Assembly (NCBI RefSeq): GCF_009914755.1
Contig: NC_060930.1
Direction: 5' to 3' (one strand)
Length of the DNA stretch: 64,000 nucleotides
Source of the DNA: the human T2T-CHM13v2.0 reference genome, Homo sapiens
A model generated the notes under the pieces. It searched no databases. It was not told the origin of the DNA and saw nothing but the letters and a program-made list of their open reading frames with translations. Positions 29,834-44,339 of the stretch are shown here, piece by piece. Both the position numbers and the translations under genes were made by a program. Each line of letters starts with the position of its first letter. The first letter of the stretch is position 1.

Positions 29834-30569
29834 AACTCTCAGCACGGGGGTTGCATGCTCCTGTTTAGACAGCTGCTGTCCCCCAAGCTGGCTCACTATC
29901 CCATGTTGGAGTGCACTGTTCGGGGCTGCCTGCCTGGATTGATGCAGGGAAACTTGGTTCCAGCCCACCTCCTCCTGCGGAGGCTGAGTCAGGGGCTCTT
30001 CCCTCGGCCAGGCTGAAAGGCAGCAGTTGGTCCCCCTGTGAGGTCTTCCACATGGCCTGGGAGAGTCTCCCCATCTCTTCAGGCAGAAGGGAGGACAGTC
30101 CATAATGTTCCTTCCAGTCGTCTGATTTGTCATTTTTCTACCCCAAATCTTGCACTTTAACCCCATAGAGAGCTCCTGAAGGGGGAATTTTAACTGGCAA
30201 AACTCAGAACTCCATCCAAACACAACCGAAACCATCCTGGGTGGCTTAGAGGTGGCTGCCTCCCAGACAAGTCCATAGCCCCACAGAAACGTCTGGTCCT
30301 TCACCTGCCAGAGCTCAGGCTTTTTGGTTGAAGCCGGAGACAGGCCCAGCTCAGAGTGTGCCCCGGTTTATCCTGAACACCGACTTGGTGCGGTGTGTGT
30401 GACAGACCAGCGAAGCGGGTCTTGCTGCCTGTCCTGTGGTTGGCCCTTGGCTCCCAGCCTCGAGTCCTACCCTTAGGCCAGGTCAGAGCAGGTTCAGCAG
30501 CAGGACTGGCTAGGCACCACCCAGGCTCATGAGGTGGCTTTGTGGGGAGGAAATGAGGTTTTTTTTTTT

Positions 30570-31670
30570 CTCTTGTAAAGTTGCTTGTTGTTAATTTAAA
30601 ATTTTAATTTCATTTCTGAATTAACATTCAGCAAAACTGCTATTTTTTGGTGTACAGTTCTATGAGTTTAACACATTTATAGATTCATGTAGCAACACTG
30701 TGGATACAGAACAGTTACATCACCCCCAGAACTCCGTTCACAGTCACACTCCCCGACCCAGCCCCGGCAGCTCTCCCTGTGGTTTGTCTTTTGCAGAGGA
30801 AATCCCGCAGCTGGCGGCACTTGGAGACCGGCTCCTCGCCGAGCCGACCGCGCGTGCGCGGCTCCCTCCTCGTCCGTGCTGAGCGCCGCGTGGGGTTCCG
30901 CGTGGAGGCGCCTGTGCCGCTGAAGCGTGTTTGGGTTGCTTCCAGGGTGGGATGGTTGTTGGATAGAGCTGTTTGTGCATTTGCGTTGTAGGTTTTTGTG
31001 TGAACATAAGCTTTTGTTTCTCTCGGGTACATACCCAGAAGTGCAATTGCTGAGTCATGTGGGAAGCGTGTGCCCAACTTTACAGGAAAACGCCACAGGC
31101 CGCCCCTTCGCTTTGCGCTCCCGCTAATCGGGAATGAGTGCCTGCTGCTCCGCGTTCTTGCGGGCACCCAGCATTTTCCGTGCTTACATTTCAGCCATCC
31201 CGGAATGAATGAAAAGCGTTTCCTAGTGGCTGTAATTTGCATCTCCCTGGTGGCTGATGGAAGCTTATTTCCCATCCATATCCCTTGCTTGGTGACGCAT
31301 CTGTTCAAGTCCTTCCCCGGTTTGTAACTGGATTATTTGGTGTTTTTACTGTTGGATTTTGAGAGTTCTTTATGTATTCTAGATACAATTCCTTTGCCAG
31401 ATATGAGATTCACAAATATTTTCTCCAACTCTATGTCTTGTGTTTTCATTCTCTCAACAGTGACTTTTGCAGCATTCATAGGGATTTTATGTTTTCTTCT
31501 CAAAGTTTTATAAACCACTATATTTAAAATTTTAATTTAAAAACTATAAACCTATTATAGTTTTTAAATTAAACTGTAAACCTCTTATATAGATTTTCTG
31601 TTTAAACTTATGATTCCTTTTAAGTTAATTATTATGTAAGTTGTGAGGGTTGGGTCAAGGCATTCCTTTG
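30570..31670 (-). mobile_element. Old L1M (L1MB/MC-like) fragment with a GC/CpG-enriched core
   Basis: L1 motifs: ttgggttgcttccag, catacccagaagtgcaattgctgagtcatgtgg, ttgcatctccctg, gagagttctttatgtattctagatac. Confidence 0.8.
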
Positions 31671-31935
31671 CTTAAAATCCCCAGCTTTTCATTTCTCTCA
31701 GACAGAAGTCTTGACCTGCAGGGTCAGGCTCCCCTGCTCTCTGAGCTCGCCCTCCCCACGCAGCGCTAGCCCCTGGACTATTCTCACCACTCAGGCCTTG
31801 GCCTCCATACCCGCTTGGCACCCACCAAAGGGTCCGGGGACCCCTCCACAGGGCAGCGTTCTGTCTGTGAGGTGAAGCGGGAGCAGAGGGCCAGGCAGAG
31901 CCAGGCTGGGACCCAATCTCTGCTTCAGGCTGGTC

Positions 31936-32236
<301 letters not shown>

Positions 32237-32914
32237 AGGCTGGTCTTTTTTGCCAGAGTTAGTGTTGTATTGAGGGACATGGAGGGAGAAAAGGGGGTCA
32301 GTTAGGGGCAAGTTTACTTGTGCAGGTAACCAGGGTGAGGGCTCGAGGGGAGAAGAGAGATAAGGAGGGCAGAGCTCAGCCAAGTTGGCCTGATGACATG
32401 ACCAGAATGTGATCACTAGATCCCCTGCCTGGAGGCCCAAGTGTGGCCCCAGGTCTGGATAGTTGCAGCCACTGTGGGGAAGCTTCAGTTTGGGAGCCAC
32501 AGAAACCAAGAATATTGTCTGGGAAGCTGATGTGCAGAGAGGAGAATGGAGCGGATGGAGGTGCGGTGGGTGAGAGAGACAAAGAGACAGAGAGGAGAGT
32601 AAAAGCCTGTTGCTGGCTCCACTATGTTGGGCTTGTCAGCCCAGCTTCTTCTTGTCCCATCCATAAAATGGGCTGGTGTCGCCCATCCTGGTTAGGAGGC
32701 ACAAGGAAGTATTGCGCTGTGTGCTCGGCCCAGCTGACTCAGCAGCTCTCCAACCTTGGGGACTCTCCAGACAGGTGTGTGCAGGTGAGGTGCTGGACCA
32801 AGGAAGGGCAGGTGGAGGACATGGCCGAGGGGAGCTCTGTGAGCTGAGCTGCCTGCTTCGAGGGTGCCCTTGAGGCCCAGGACTGACCCATGGAGGGAGA
32901 GGCTTCCTTCCTTC

Positions 32915-33532
32915 TGTTGGGGCTCAGAAAACAACGCCCCAAAATGAAGTCCTCAGCAGCAGCCTCAGAAGCAAAAGTTGTCTCTGACCTTCTCCTGCCC
33001 TCCTGTCTCTCAGTCTCATTCTCCCCGAAGGCGCTGTAGAAACCAGACTCTCTTTTTCCCCAAGGCCGGTCACAGAAATCAGAACCCCTTCTCCCCAAAG
33101 CTGGTCAGAAAACCTAAAAATATTACTCAGTGTTCCGTCTACCTTTCTATATAAGAGCTGACTAGAGAGAAATGATCCAACATCCCTTGTTTGACTGTAG
33201 GTCATGAGACTGTCATTCCAGAGAGGGCCCTGCCCCACGTCCAGAGAAGAAAATGCTCAGAGACGAAGACAAATCTAGACAGACCTTGCTGGGTTCCCAC
33301 TCAGTCTATTCACATTAGATCAAGCCCTTTGTGTCCAATCCTTTTTTTAGAGGACTGTTCATACGTTATTAAACCTAAACATAAAAATGGACAATTTCCC
33401 CCATCGTTGGGTCTTCGTTCTAAAGGTTCTTATATGTACACATCACATAAATTTGCATACCGTTTCTCCTATTAATCCATCTGTCTCATGTCAGTGACTT
33501 CTCAGCAAACCTTTAGGGGCCAAGGGGCCCCA
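32915..33532 (+). mobile_element. ERV1 solo LTR (LTR48/LTR49/MER72-like)
   Basis: Starts tgttggggctcagaaaac...cctcagaagcaaaag; subfamily uncertain. Confidence 0.65.
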
Positions 33533-33989
33533 CGCTCTCCAGCGGCAGGCACAATGGGCCTGGGGTGCAGTTGTGGACACTCGGACCCTCCTTGGATCTG
33601 GTTTAGCTGTGCTGTGTGCTTGTGGGAATGGATTGCCATGATTTCTGGGCTCTAATAAATTGTGCTTCAATCGACTCTTGAGGAGTTAATGAGAGGCCTC
33701 ACTTCAGACCATAAACACCCTCCCTGTGTGGGATAGAAACACACATCGTCACAGCCAGGAGGTCAGTCGGGTGAGGGTCTGCTTTGCTTACAAGGTCCAG
33801 AAACCCAGCAGAAAACCCTCGAGGCCACATCAGTGAAGAGTAACTTATTTCAGCAACATTTCCATGTGTGACACAAGACACACATTTCCTGCATCCACCT
33901 TTAAAGTCAAGAAGTTGAAGCTGAATAAAGCCAGCAGGCAGCGAAAATCACCTGCACTCAGTTCAGTTGTGGCAGGAAAGGGAAAGAGC

Positions 33990-34222
33990 CATGAAGAAAG
34001 GAGAGGGGGATGGAGAGGGAGAAAGGAGAGGGGGATGGAGAGGAGAAAGGAGAGGGGGGTGGAGAGGGAGAAAGGAGAGGGGGATAGAGAGGAGAAAGGA
34101 GAGGGGGCTAGAGAGGAGAAAGGAGAGGGAGATGGAGAGGGGGATGGAGAGGGGGATGGAGAGGAGAAAGGAGACGGGGATGGAGGGGGGATGGAGAGAA
34201 GAAAGGAGAGGAGGGTGGAGAG
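33990..34222. repeat. Purine-rich (GGAGA/GGGGA) low-complexity tract
   Basis: Near-pure purine strand with ~21-bp recurring ggagaggagaaaggagagggg. Confidence 0.9.
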
Positions 34223-35236
34223 CGACAGCTGCAGAGGGAGGCAGGGAGGCTGGCTGGGCGTGGACAGCTGCAGAGGGAGGCAGGGGAGGCCGGCTGGGCA
34301 TGGACGCTGCAGAGGGGACACAGCCACTCTGGCAACAGCAGCCAGTGGCGGATCTGCCTGGAATGCTTTCCCTTCTGTCCAGGATGGGCCTGTCTCTGCA
34401 GACAGGGGCCCTCCCCTTCCTGGCCTGGCTGTGCACAGCCTATGTGCATGGTGGAAGCTCTGCAGAGGCCGTTCTGCTCCAGAGTGGGGCATAGCCTCGG
34501 GCGAGGTTCACAGCTTGGGGGGCTGGTCCTGCCCTGTCCCACATGTGGCTGTGTGGGCAGCATGGATCTTCTTCCGCGGTGACCCTGTGTGCCCACCCCC
34601 CCCAACTTATGCCTGCTTCCCAAGGCCATGGGCCTCACCCTCAGACTTCACTTTTGTGTATATGGAAAGACACAATTATCGGGACAGAAACAGATCAGTA
34701 TTTGCCAGTGGGTGAGTGAGGGGAGAGGAGTTTACTACTGAGGGGCCGAACTGGGGCCATTTTTGAGGGATGAAAGTCTTCTGTGTGGCTCTACAGAGCT
34801 GGGTACGTGATGCTGTGTTTGTCAAACCCCACAGGACTGGACCTCACTGTGGGAACAACAAGATCAACAAGAGGAGCAAGAACAACATCAAGAGTCAGAG
34901 CCCGGGGGTCCTGACGGGTACAGGATGGGTACAGACCCACACAGGAATCCCAGAGTGTGTTCCACAGCAGGACACGCCTGCGCTGAAAGAGTGGGCAGAA
35001 AGGAGCTGACCTGGGTAAGTCCAAAAACAGTGTTTTGATTAGATTCTGGAAAGAATCAAATAACTCTGCATATCTAAGCACTAAACTCCAATTGGTAAAA
35101 TTGTTTCCCACAGCAATACATGTTAGCAACTTTGAAACTACTTTTATATATACTAAGGTTTCACAAATAAGTCAATACAGTAGTAAGAGTCAGGGTTCTC
35201 ACAGCTGGATAAGGAAGTCATGGAAAAGCCAGCGGG

Positions 35237-36306
35237 GACCCTGAGGTCCATATATAATATATATTATACATATATACAGATCAGAATGGACCCTAAGGTG
35301 GTCGGTTATAGACAGATATGCCAGCAGGAACTCATGTTTACATGATACATATATACAGATCAGAATGGACCCTGAGGACCATATATAATATATATTATAC
35401 ATATATACAGATCAGAATGGACCCTGAGGTGGTCGGTTATAGACAGATATGCCAGCAGGAACTCATGTTTACATGATACATATATACAGATCAGAATGGA
35501 CCCTGAGGTCCATATATAATATATATTATACATATATGCAGATCAGAATGGACCCTGAGGTCCATATATAATATATATTATACATATATACAGATCAGAA
35601 TGGACCCTGAGGTGGTCAGTTATAGTCAGATATGCCAGCAGGAACTCGTGTTTACATGATACATATATACAGATCAGAATGGACCCTGAGGTGGTCGGTT
35701 ACAGTCAGATATGCCAGCAGGAACTCGTGTTTACATGATACTTATATACAGATCGGAATGGACCCTGAGGTGGTCAGTTATAGTCAGATATGCCAGTAGG
35801 AACTCGTGTTTACATGATACATACATACAGATCAGAATGGACCCTGAGGTGGTCAGTTATAGTCAGATATGCCAGTAGGAACTCATGTTTACATGATACA
35901 TATATACAGATCAGAATGGACCCTGAGGTGGTCGGTTATAGTCAGATATGCCAGCAGGAACTCGTGTTTACATGATACATATATACAGATCAGAATGGAC
36001 CCTGAGGTGGTCGGTTACAGTCAGATATGCCAGCAGGAACTCGTGTTTACATGATACTTATATACAGATCGGAATGAACCCTGAGGTGGTCAGTTATAGT
36101 CAGATATGCCAGTAGGAAATCATGTTTACATGATACATATATACAGATCAGAATGGACCCTGAGGTGGTCGGTTACAGTCAGATATGCCAGTAGGAAGTT
36201 GTGTTTACATGATACATATATACAGATCAGAATGGACCCTGAGGTGGTCAGTTATAGTCAGATATGCCAGCAGGAACTCATGTTTACATAATACATATAT
36301 ACAGAT
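35237..36306. repeat. Compound 79-bp / ~52-bp VNTR
   Basis: Shared head cagatcagaatggaccctgagg; 79-bp period (35790 to 35869); AT-rich short units only at the left end. Confidence 0.95.
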
Positions 36307-36776
36307 AGGTTAAATATATACACACACACGTGCGTGTGCATACATGGCTTAGCACACACATCTGTAGATCCTGGGTTTGTCCTTTGAGAGGGGACACCCC
36401 AGTAGCAGCAAGCACATTCCATGCCCAGATGTTAGTTTCTAAATTTCATCTTCAATAAAAGGAGCCAAGTCTCCCTGGAGAAATGGCTGATAATTGGGAT
36501 GTGGGAGAGAAAATACAAGATGAACCTGGAGCATCTTGTAGTCCCAGGAAGTAAGAAAATGCTCAAAAATAAAATTTTTAAAAAGCTGTGGGCATTTCAA
36601 AAGGGCATGGAACCCAAAATGTAAGAGCTCCCAGTGGCCACAGCTACAATGATTTGAGTGCACACACACTCACACAGACATACACACACACACACACACA
36701 AATCGGATTATGCCCCAAAGAATAAAATGAATGTCCATGGATTCGTAAGCATATAAATAAATTATTGAATAAATTA

Positions 36777-37358
<582 letters not shown>

Positions 37359-37912
37359 AAAATCACCATCAGTGCTGCAGGCAAGCTCCCCTGAGGAATG
37401 CTAAAATTCCTGTGCAAAGTTTAAGGAGAAAGAAGATATTTGTATACTGTCAAAGTGTCTCCCCTAAATGTTCAGTAATTACCGCGGTGCCCAAATTCTT
37501 TGATGCTCCTTCCTGTAGGAGTTGGAGCTCATGCTGGACTTCATGACTCACTCTTAACCAGCAGGACATGGAGAGGAAAACAGTCACTCTCCCGTGGGGA
37601 GACCTGGCAGGCCTCACCTTGGCCGTGTGATCAAGGTCCAGACCACCAGTGATGAGGCATGTTGACATCGTGGCCCCTGAGAGCACGTGATGAGAAGAGC
37701 GCTCCACCTCCGCCGTGTTCTTCCGCAAACGCACAGTTCCAATGTAATCAGAGAGAACATCACACACACACCAATTGAGGGGCGTCTTGCAGAATACCTG
37801 AGCAGCACTCTGCAAAGCTGTCAAGGCGGTGAAACGAAGACAGGCCAGGAAAGGGTCACAGGTGCAGGGGACTAAGGAGGCGTGAGGGCCAGTGCAGCCT
37901 GGGGTCCTGGAC

Positions 37913-38758
37913 GTGAGCTGCCGAGACGGCACCCGCGTGAGTGTCGCAGTTTCCACACCGTGAGCTGCCGAGACGGCACCCGCGTGAGTGCCGCAGTTTC
38001 CACACCGTGAGCTGCTGAGACGGCACCCGCGTGAGTGTCGCAGTTTCCACACCGTGAGCTGCTGAGACGGCACCCGCGTGAGTGTCGCAGTTTCCACACC
38101 GTGAGCTGCTGAGACGGCACCCGCGTGAGTGTCGCAGTTTCCACACCGTGAGCTGCTGAGACGGCACCCGCGTGAGTGTCGCAGTTTCCACACCGTGAGC
38201 TGCTGAGACGGCACCCGCGTGAGTGTCGCAGTTTCCACACCGTGAGCTGCTGAGACGGCACCCGCGTGAGTGTCGCAGTTTCCACACCGTGAGCTGCTGA
38301 GACGGCACCCGCGTGAGTGTCGCAGTTTCCACACCGTGAGCTGCTGAGACGGCACCCGCGTGAGTGTCGCAGTTTCCACACCGTGAGCTGCTGAGACGGC
38401 ACCCGCGTGAGTGTCGCAGTTTCCACACCGTGAGCTGCTGAGACGGCACCCGCGTGAGTGTCGCAGTTTCCACACCGTGAGCTGCTGAGACGGCACCCGC
38501 GTGAGTGTCGCAGTTTCCACACCGTGAGCTGCTGAGATGGCACCCGCGTGAGTGTCGCAGTTTCTACACCGTGAGCTGCTGAGATGGCACCCATGTGAGT
38601 GTCGCAGTTTCTACACCGTGAGCTGCTGAGATGGCACCCATGTGAGTGTCGCAGTTTCCACACCGTGAGCTGCTGAGATGGCACCCATGTGAGTGTCGCA
38701 GTTTCTACACCGTGAGCTGCTGAGATGGCACCCATGTGAGTGTCGCAGTTTCCACACG
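37913..38758. repeat. 47-bp CpG-rich VNTR, ~18 copies
   Basis: Unit gtgagctgctgagacggcacccgcgtgagtgtcgcagtttccacacc. Confidence 0.97.
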
Positions 38759-38896
38759 TGCCTCATTGCTGTGTAAGATGCTCAAGTGAGAGGAAGCTGG
38801 TGAACGGGTCTGTGGGAAGTTGCTGTACTGTCTTTGCAACTCTTCTGGACATCTTTTTTTTTTTTTTTAAATAAAACATTTTTAACGTGAAAATAT

Positions 38897-39219
<323 letters not shown>

Positions 39220-39339
39220 TCAAGCTACTTATAACAAACAAAATTGAGAATGAAGGTAAATTAAAAATAATTTATAGTCTTTAAAAAGCAGGAACTACAA
39301 AATTTACATTTCTGAAAATGGCAGAAAAATCCCACATGG

Positions 39340-40385
39340 CTGTATATGTATGTGTGAGATTGTGTATGAATGAGCGCATGCATATATTTTTGTGTGTTTG
39401 GATTATATGTGTGACGGTGTGCATGAGTGTGTATATGATTTGGGGGTATGTGTGAGTGTGACTGTGTGTATGAGTGTGTATGATTTGTGTGTGAGTGTGT
39501 ACATGTATACACTAGTGTGCGTATGATTTGGGGGTATGAATGTGAATGTGTACATATGTATTTATGATCTGAGTGTGTATGAGTGTGAATGTGAACATGT
39601 GTGTGTGAGTGGGTATATGATTTGGTTGTGTGCAAGTATGAATATGTATTGTGTGCATTAATGTGTATATTTTGGGCTGTGTATGAGTGAATGTGAACAT
39701 GTGTGCACGAGTGTATATATGATCTGGGTGTGTATGAGTGAGCATGAGTGAACATGTGTGCATGAATGTGAGTATGATTTGGGTGTGTATGAGTGTGAAT
39801 GTGTGCACGAGTGTATATATGATCTGGGTGTGTATGAGTGAGCATGAATGTGAACATGTGTGCATGAATATATGATATGGGTGTGTATGAGTGTGAATGT
39901 GTGCACGAGTGTACAATCGGTGTGTATGAGTGAGCATGAATGTGAACATGTGTGCACGAGTGTATATATGATCTGGGTGTGTAGGAGTGAGCATGAATGT
40001 GTATGCACAAGTGTGTGTATGTGTGTATGATCTGGGTGTGTAGGAGTGTGAATACGAACACGTATGCGCAAGTATGTATATGATCTGTGTATGTATGAGT
40101 GAGTGTGAATGTGTGCATAAGTGTGTGTATGATCTGGGTATGAGTGATTGTGAATGTGAGCATGTGTGCACGAGTGTGTATATGATCTGGGTGTGTGGGA
40201 GTGAGCATGAATGTGTATGCACAAGTGTGTGTATGTGTGTATGATCTGGGTGTGTAGGAGTGTGAATATGAACACGTGTGCACAAATGTGTATATGATCC
40301 GAGTGTGTAGGAGTGAGTGTGAATGTGAACATGTTTGCACGTGTGTATATGATATGGGTGCATGTGTGGGTGTGTTTGTGCAGGT
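39340..40385. repeat. Degenerate TG/TATG-rich compound repeat
   Basis: Recurrent tgtgcacgagtgtatatatgatctgggtgtgtatgagtgagcatga. Confidence 0.9.
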
Positions 40386-40926
40386 GCACTGGGAGCTTTC
40401 AGCCTTGAGTCTGTGTGGCATCCAGGCTTTTCTGGATGATGTAGAATCAAACCCCATAATTAATTCCAGTAACTTAGAAATTTTCACTTATGAATACTAA
40501 ATTCTCCTCACCTAGCAACTGACTGAGCAGGTTGAACAGCACCCTTCGCCGTTCTCCTGCAGAACCCCGTGGAATGGCCCTGCTTTCTCAGAGTGCTCCT
40601 AGCGGTGATGAGGGAGCCCAGCTCATTGCGGTTCGTGCAGAAGGCTGTGTGCCATCTCCGGGACTGCACGGAGAGGCGGAGGCTCAGGCGTGGGATCTGA
40701 GCTCAGTGGGCCCTTTAAGGACCGCTGCCTCCTTTCCTCCCTTTGGCATTCAGCATCGACTTACGATGGCTCCCAGTCACAGTCCTTGTCACTGCCTGGC
40801 ATTACACAGGGCCACAGTCCCTTAACTGAAACACTTGGGACCAGTTGCATTTTGGAATTCGGAATGTTTCTTGATTTCAGAGAGAGAAGAGGGGATGGAC
40901 TGTTGGGCAGCCCTGATTAACCCTGC

Positions 40927-41070
40927 AGCGTCTTGGCTCTAGAGGGGCCTACACGGCTGGGAGCGTCTCGGCTCTAGAGAGGGGCCTGCACTGCCGGGAG
41001 CATCTCAGCTCTAGAGAGGGGCCTGCACTGCTGGGAAGCCTACACGGCTGGGAGCGTCTCGGCTCTAGAG
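40927..41070. repeat. Degenerate ~35-37-bp minisatellite, ~4 copies
   Basis: Recurrent gcgtctcggctctagag(ag)gggcct... Confidence 0.75.
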
Positions 41071-41335
41071 CCACAGCTGATGCATGGCAACGATGAGCTC
41101 TCCTGCTTAGTGCTGATGTGCCTCAGCCCCTAACCCCACTGGTGTCCAGATGAGGAACTTGAGGCTCAGAGAAGCTAGGTCAAGGTGAACACCAGTGTTG
41201 AGTTTCAGCCCCAGGTCTACCTGATGCTGCCTCCACATTGACTGAGTTGGCCTGGTCCATTGTGAGGTCAGGTAGAGCCAGGGCCGAGGTGGGGATGCCA
41301 AGGTCCCATGCCGCAAAGACGGGTGGGACGGCACA

Positions 41336-41803
41336 GGAGCCAGTCATCATCCCCAAAGACACAGCTCCGAATACCTCATCCTGAAATCCCAAAGATCAAA
41401 ATCCCAAAAGTATAAATCTGGAAAAAATAATGTCGATGTTATTTATTTACATTTTTAAAAGGTATGTATTTGAGAAACATAAAAACACAACAGAACATTT
41501 CATAGGCCACTTTACACAATAAAATAGGCAATGATAACAGGTATTTTTGCATAAACACTGAGGTAACTAACGACGGCGGCATGGGTGTAGCAGTTATAAG
41601 AAGACAGACCATAAAGAAATAAGTCAAAAGAGAAACGTGTACACGTATATCGCTACGGTTACTAATTGTGTGCACCTAGCCCTGTAGCTGTGGTCATCTG
41701 AAATATCAGGGATTTTAGACTTGAGGGATTTTGATCTTTAGGGATTTCAACATTCCACATTATGGTGCTTGGGATTGTGTCTTTCAGGATTATGATCCAA
41801 ACT
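41336..41803. mobile_element. Ricksha-like (MuDR) non-autonomous DNA transposon
   Basis: Long TIRs: cccaaagacac...gaaatcccaaagatcaaaatccc versus gggattttgatctttagggatttcaac...gtgtctttcaggattatgatccaaac. Confidence 0.75.
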
Positions 41804-44339
41804 CAGCTGGGCCTCCCCTCCCTGCCCCAGGATTGTGGAGTGAGAACGTTGCAGCAGGAGAGAACAACGCAGCAAAGCACAGCAGGGGAACCGGAAATGC
41901 TCACCTTTTGACAGGGTACTTTTAGTTCTGGGGCCTTATCTTAAGGATATTCCAACATATACAAAAAGATTCATGCACAGAGATATTTACTTTAGTATTA
42001 TTTACCATAGGAAAAAAGTTGGAAACAATACATTTTATGTTCTGTAAAATGAAAGAACAGTTAAATAAATCATGGCTCTAAGACGACTCCAGGGCTGTGT
42101 ACGGAAGTTCAGGGACAGAATCAGTTGAGGCTATTCCACCTGAGCCTAAGCTTCCTCTGCTGTATGTCGGGAATCAGGTGGGGGCCAAGCGAGATCACCA
42201 CAGTGCAGGCCAGTGTGCAGGGCACAGGTGGGCGCCAGGGAGGGGACGCCGCACAGCCCCATGCTCTCGCCAAAAACGTGCAGCACAATTTGGAAGAAAA
42301 CATTTCCATCTGTTAATAAAGAACAACGGCCTCTGGTCATAAGTGACACATGACCCTTTGCCTGAGTCTTTTTAAATTTTTCCATATGTTCCATATTTTC
42401 TACACCAAATGTAAGCTACTTTCATAATCACAAAAACTTAATGGAAAGAGGAGGAGGAGGACGGGGGTGGGGAGTAGTAGCCATGGGTTCGAGCCCTTCC
42501 TCTCTGCATGACTTGGATAACACTGTATATTCACACAGCTATTTCCCCATCTATGAACTTCTGAGGTGCTTTTATTAGTTGATGTCTGGGACCCCTAGGA
42601 GCTCTCTTTATACCTCATGATATCAAATGCCCACCTTTCCAGCTCCTCTTGGCCTCCTGCCCTTCCTGGAGGGAGATGCGCTCCCTGGAGCTGCTGACTA
42701 GGTGGAAGCAGACTGGCTCCTTCAGTGGGTAGGCCAGCCTGCCTGTCTCCCTAGCCCAGTCCCACCGTGCTGGCCTCAGTGGTGGAGGCAGGCATGGAGC
42801 CTTGGAGGAACCACTCCTCCCCAGCCGCCACCAACATTTGTGGCACCGAGAAGCACCCGTGCTATTCCGGACAGGGATGGGGTTGGACACCCATGCATAG
42901 GGGACCCTACACTCCTAGGCTTTGCTCTGGGCTAAACAGCAGGTGTGGATTTGGGCCTAGGCCTCGGAGAAGCCATCAGCTAGGGCAGAATTCCCATGTG
43001 GGCAGGATTTTATTTAGGAATTCCAGGGCTTTCTGTATTCCAGATTTCCTGTATTGTGCATATGTGCGTGCATGTATGTGCCCTCAGCCATGATGTAAAG
43101 TGTTTTTCTGGCTGGGGTTGCATCACAGAGTTTGGAAGCCACTGCTCTGCAGATTCTGAGGACCACCTCCCTTATTTCTCACCAAATTCCCATTTCTTCT
43201 GTTTTTGTTCCACCCAATGCAAAAAGCATACTGCCTTCTCTTCTGCATTGGTGGGCAGCGGGTCCTGCAGCTCAGGTTTCTCCAGCCAGGGCCCTGAACG
43301 TGAGCCTGGTGGCGTGGGCAGGGGGCTGACTCCATGTGGGCCAAAGGCAACCTATCCAGCTCTTCAGAATGGCTTTTCTCTCCTCCCTATAAAACATATT
43401 TTCTCTCCTCCCTATAAAGCCTATTTTTGTATTAGGGTGCTTGTTAAAATGAAAACATGAGATCATTGATGCATAACGAGAAGCCGTGTCATTACTTCCC
43501 AGGCCCTGTGCAAGGTGCAAATTGGCGTGTTAGTGGCTGTTTGCATCTTTTCAGTTCCTTTCGTCTTTTCTCCTTATCCTGCCCTTTATATGGTTTCTGC
43601 TTTAAGTCAAACATTGTGAGTGGATTGATGGACATATGTGTGTGTGAGCGTGTGTGCACAGATGCATGAGAACTGCAGAGAGAGATGGGAGGTAACCAGG
43701 GGGATCACTGTTCTCTTCTTCCCAAACATTAGCGTTAGGCTGTTCCGCTTCTGTTCTTGAGAGGGCACCCACATTACTGCTTGGGAGCCTGGAAATGGCC
43801 CCACTGAAGCAGCTCTGAGGCCCTGGACACCCTTTTCCTGGTTGTGGCCAGCTGAGTTGTGCATGGTCCTCCCCGTGGGATGTGCTTGGAGCATCTGCTG
43901 GTAGCAGAGCCTCAGTTCCTCTCCTGCGTTCTTTCGCTACAGGTGTTAGACCTGCTGCCCACCTGTGACCTGTTTACTGCCAGGGATAGACCTGTGGCCA
44001 GTGTGGAAAGCGAGATGCTTTGTCCATACAGCCTGCGGGGCTCAGCCTTCCCGGGGTTGCCCACAGCTAGGCTGGGCCAGGACCCCCAAGCCTGGGAACT
44101 TACACCTTTCTCACCTGCTTTCCTAAAGGTGGTTTTCCTTTGTGATCTCTCTCCCTGAACGGCTAAACCACACTCTGAATAGAAAACTGTCTTGAAAACT
44201 GCTTTGCACGTACATCTGATAAGGTCCTCTGGAGGGCGACCTCCACTGTCTAGTGGGCGAGGATTGTTCAGCCGTCTTGGCTGAGTCACCGAGCTGCCAA
44301 GGGCAGACTGTACCCTGGGCTCACCAGCATGCAAAGATA

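Noticed and set aside
37450-38735. 205-356 aa repetitive ORFs on the minus strand
   Set aside because: Translations of the 47-bp VNTR.
39261-40487. 408-aa HT-rich ORF
   Set aside because: Low-complexity (CA)-rich strand; no gene features.
43374-43425. 25-bp tandem duplication containing TATAAA
   Set aside because: Simple two-copy slippage duplication; no other promoter evidence.
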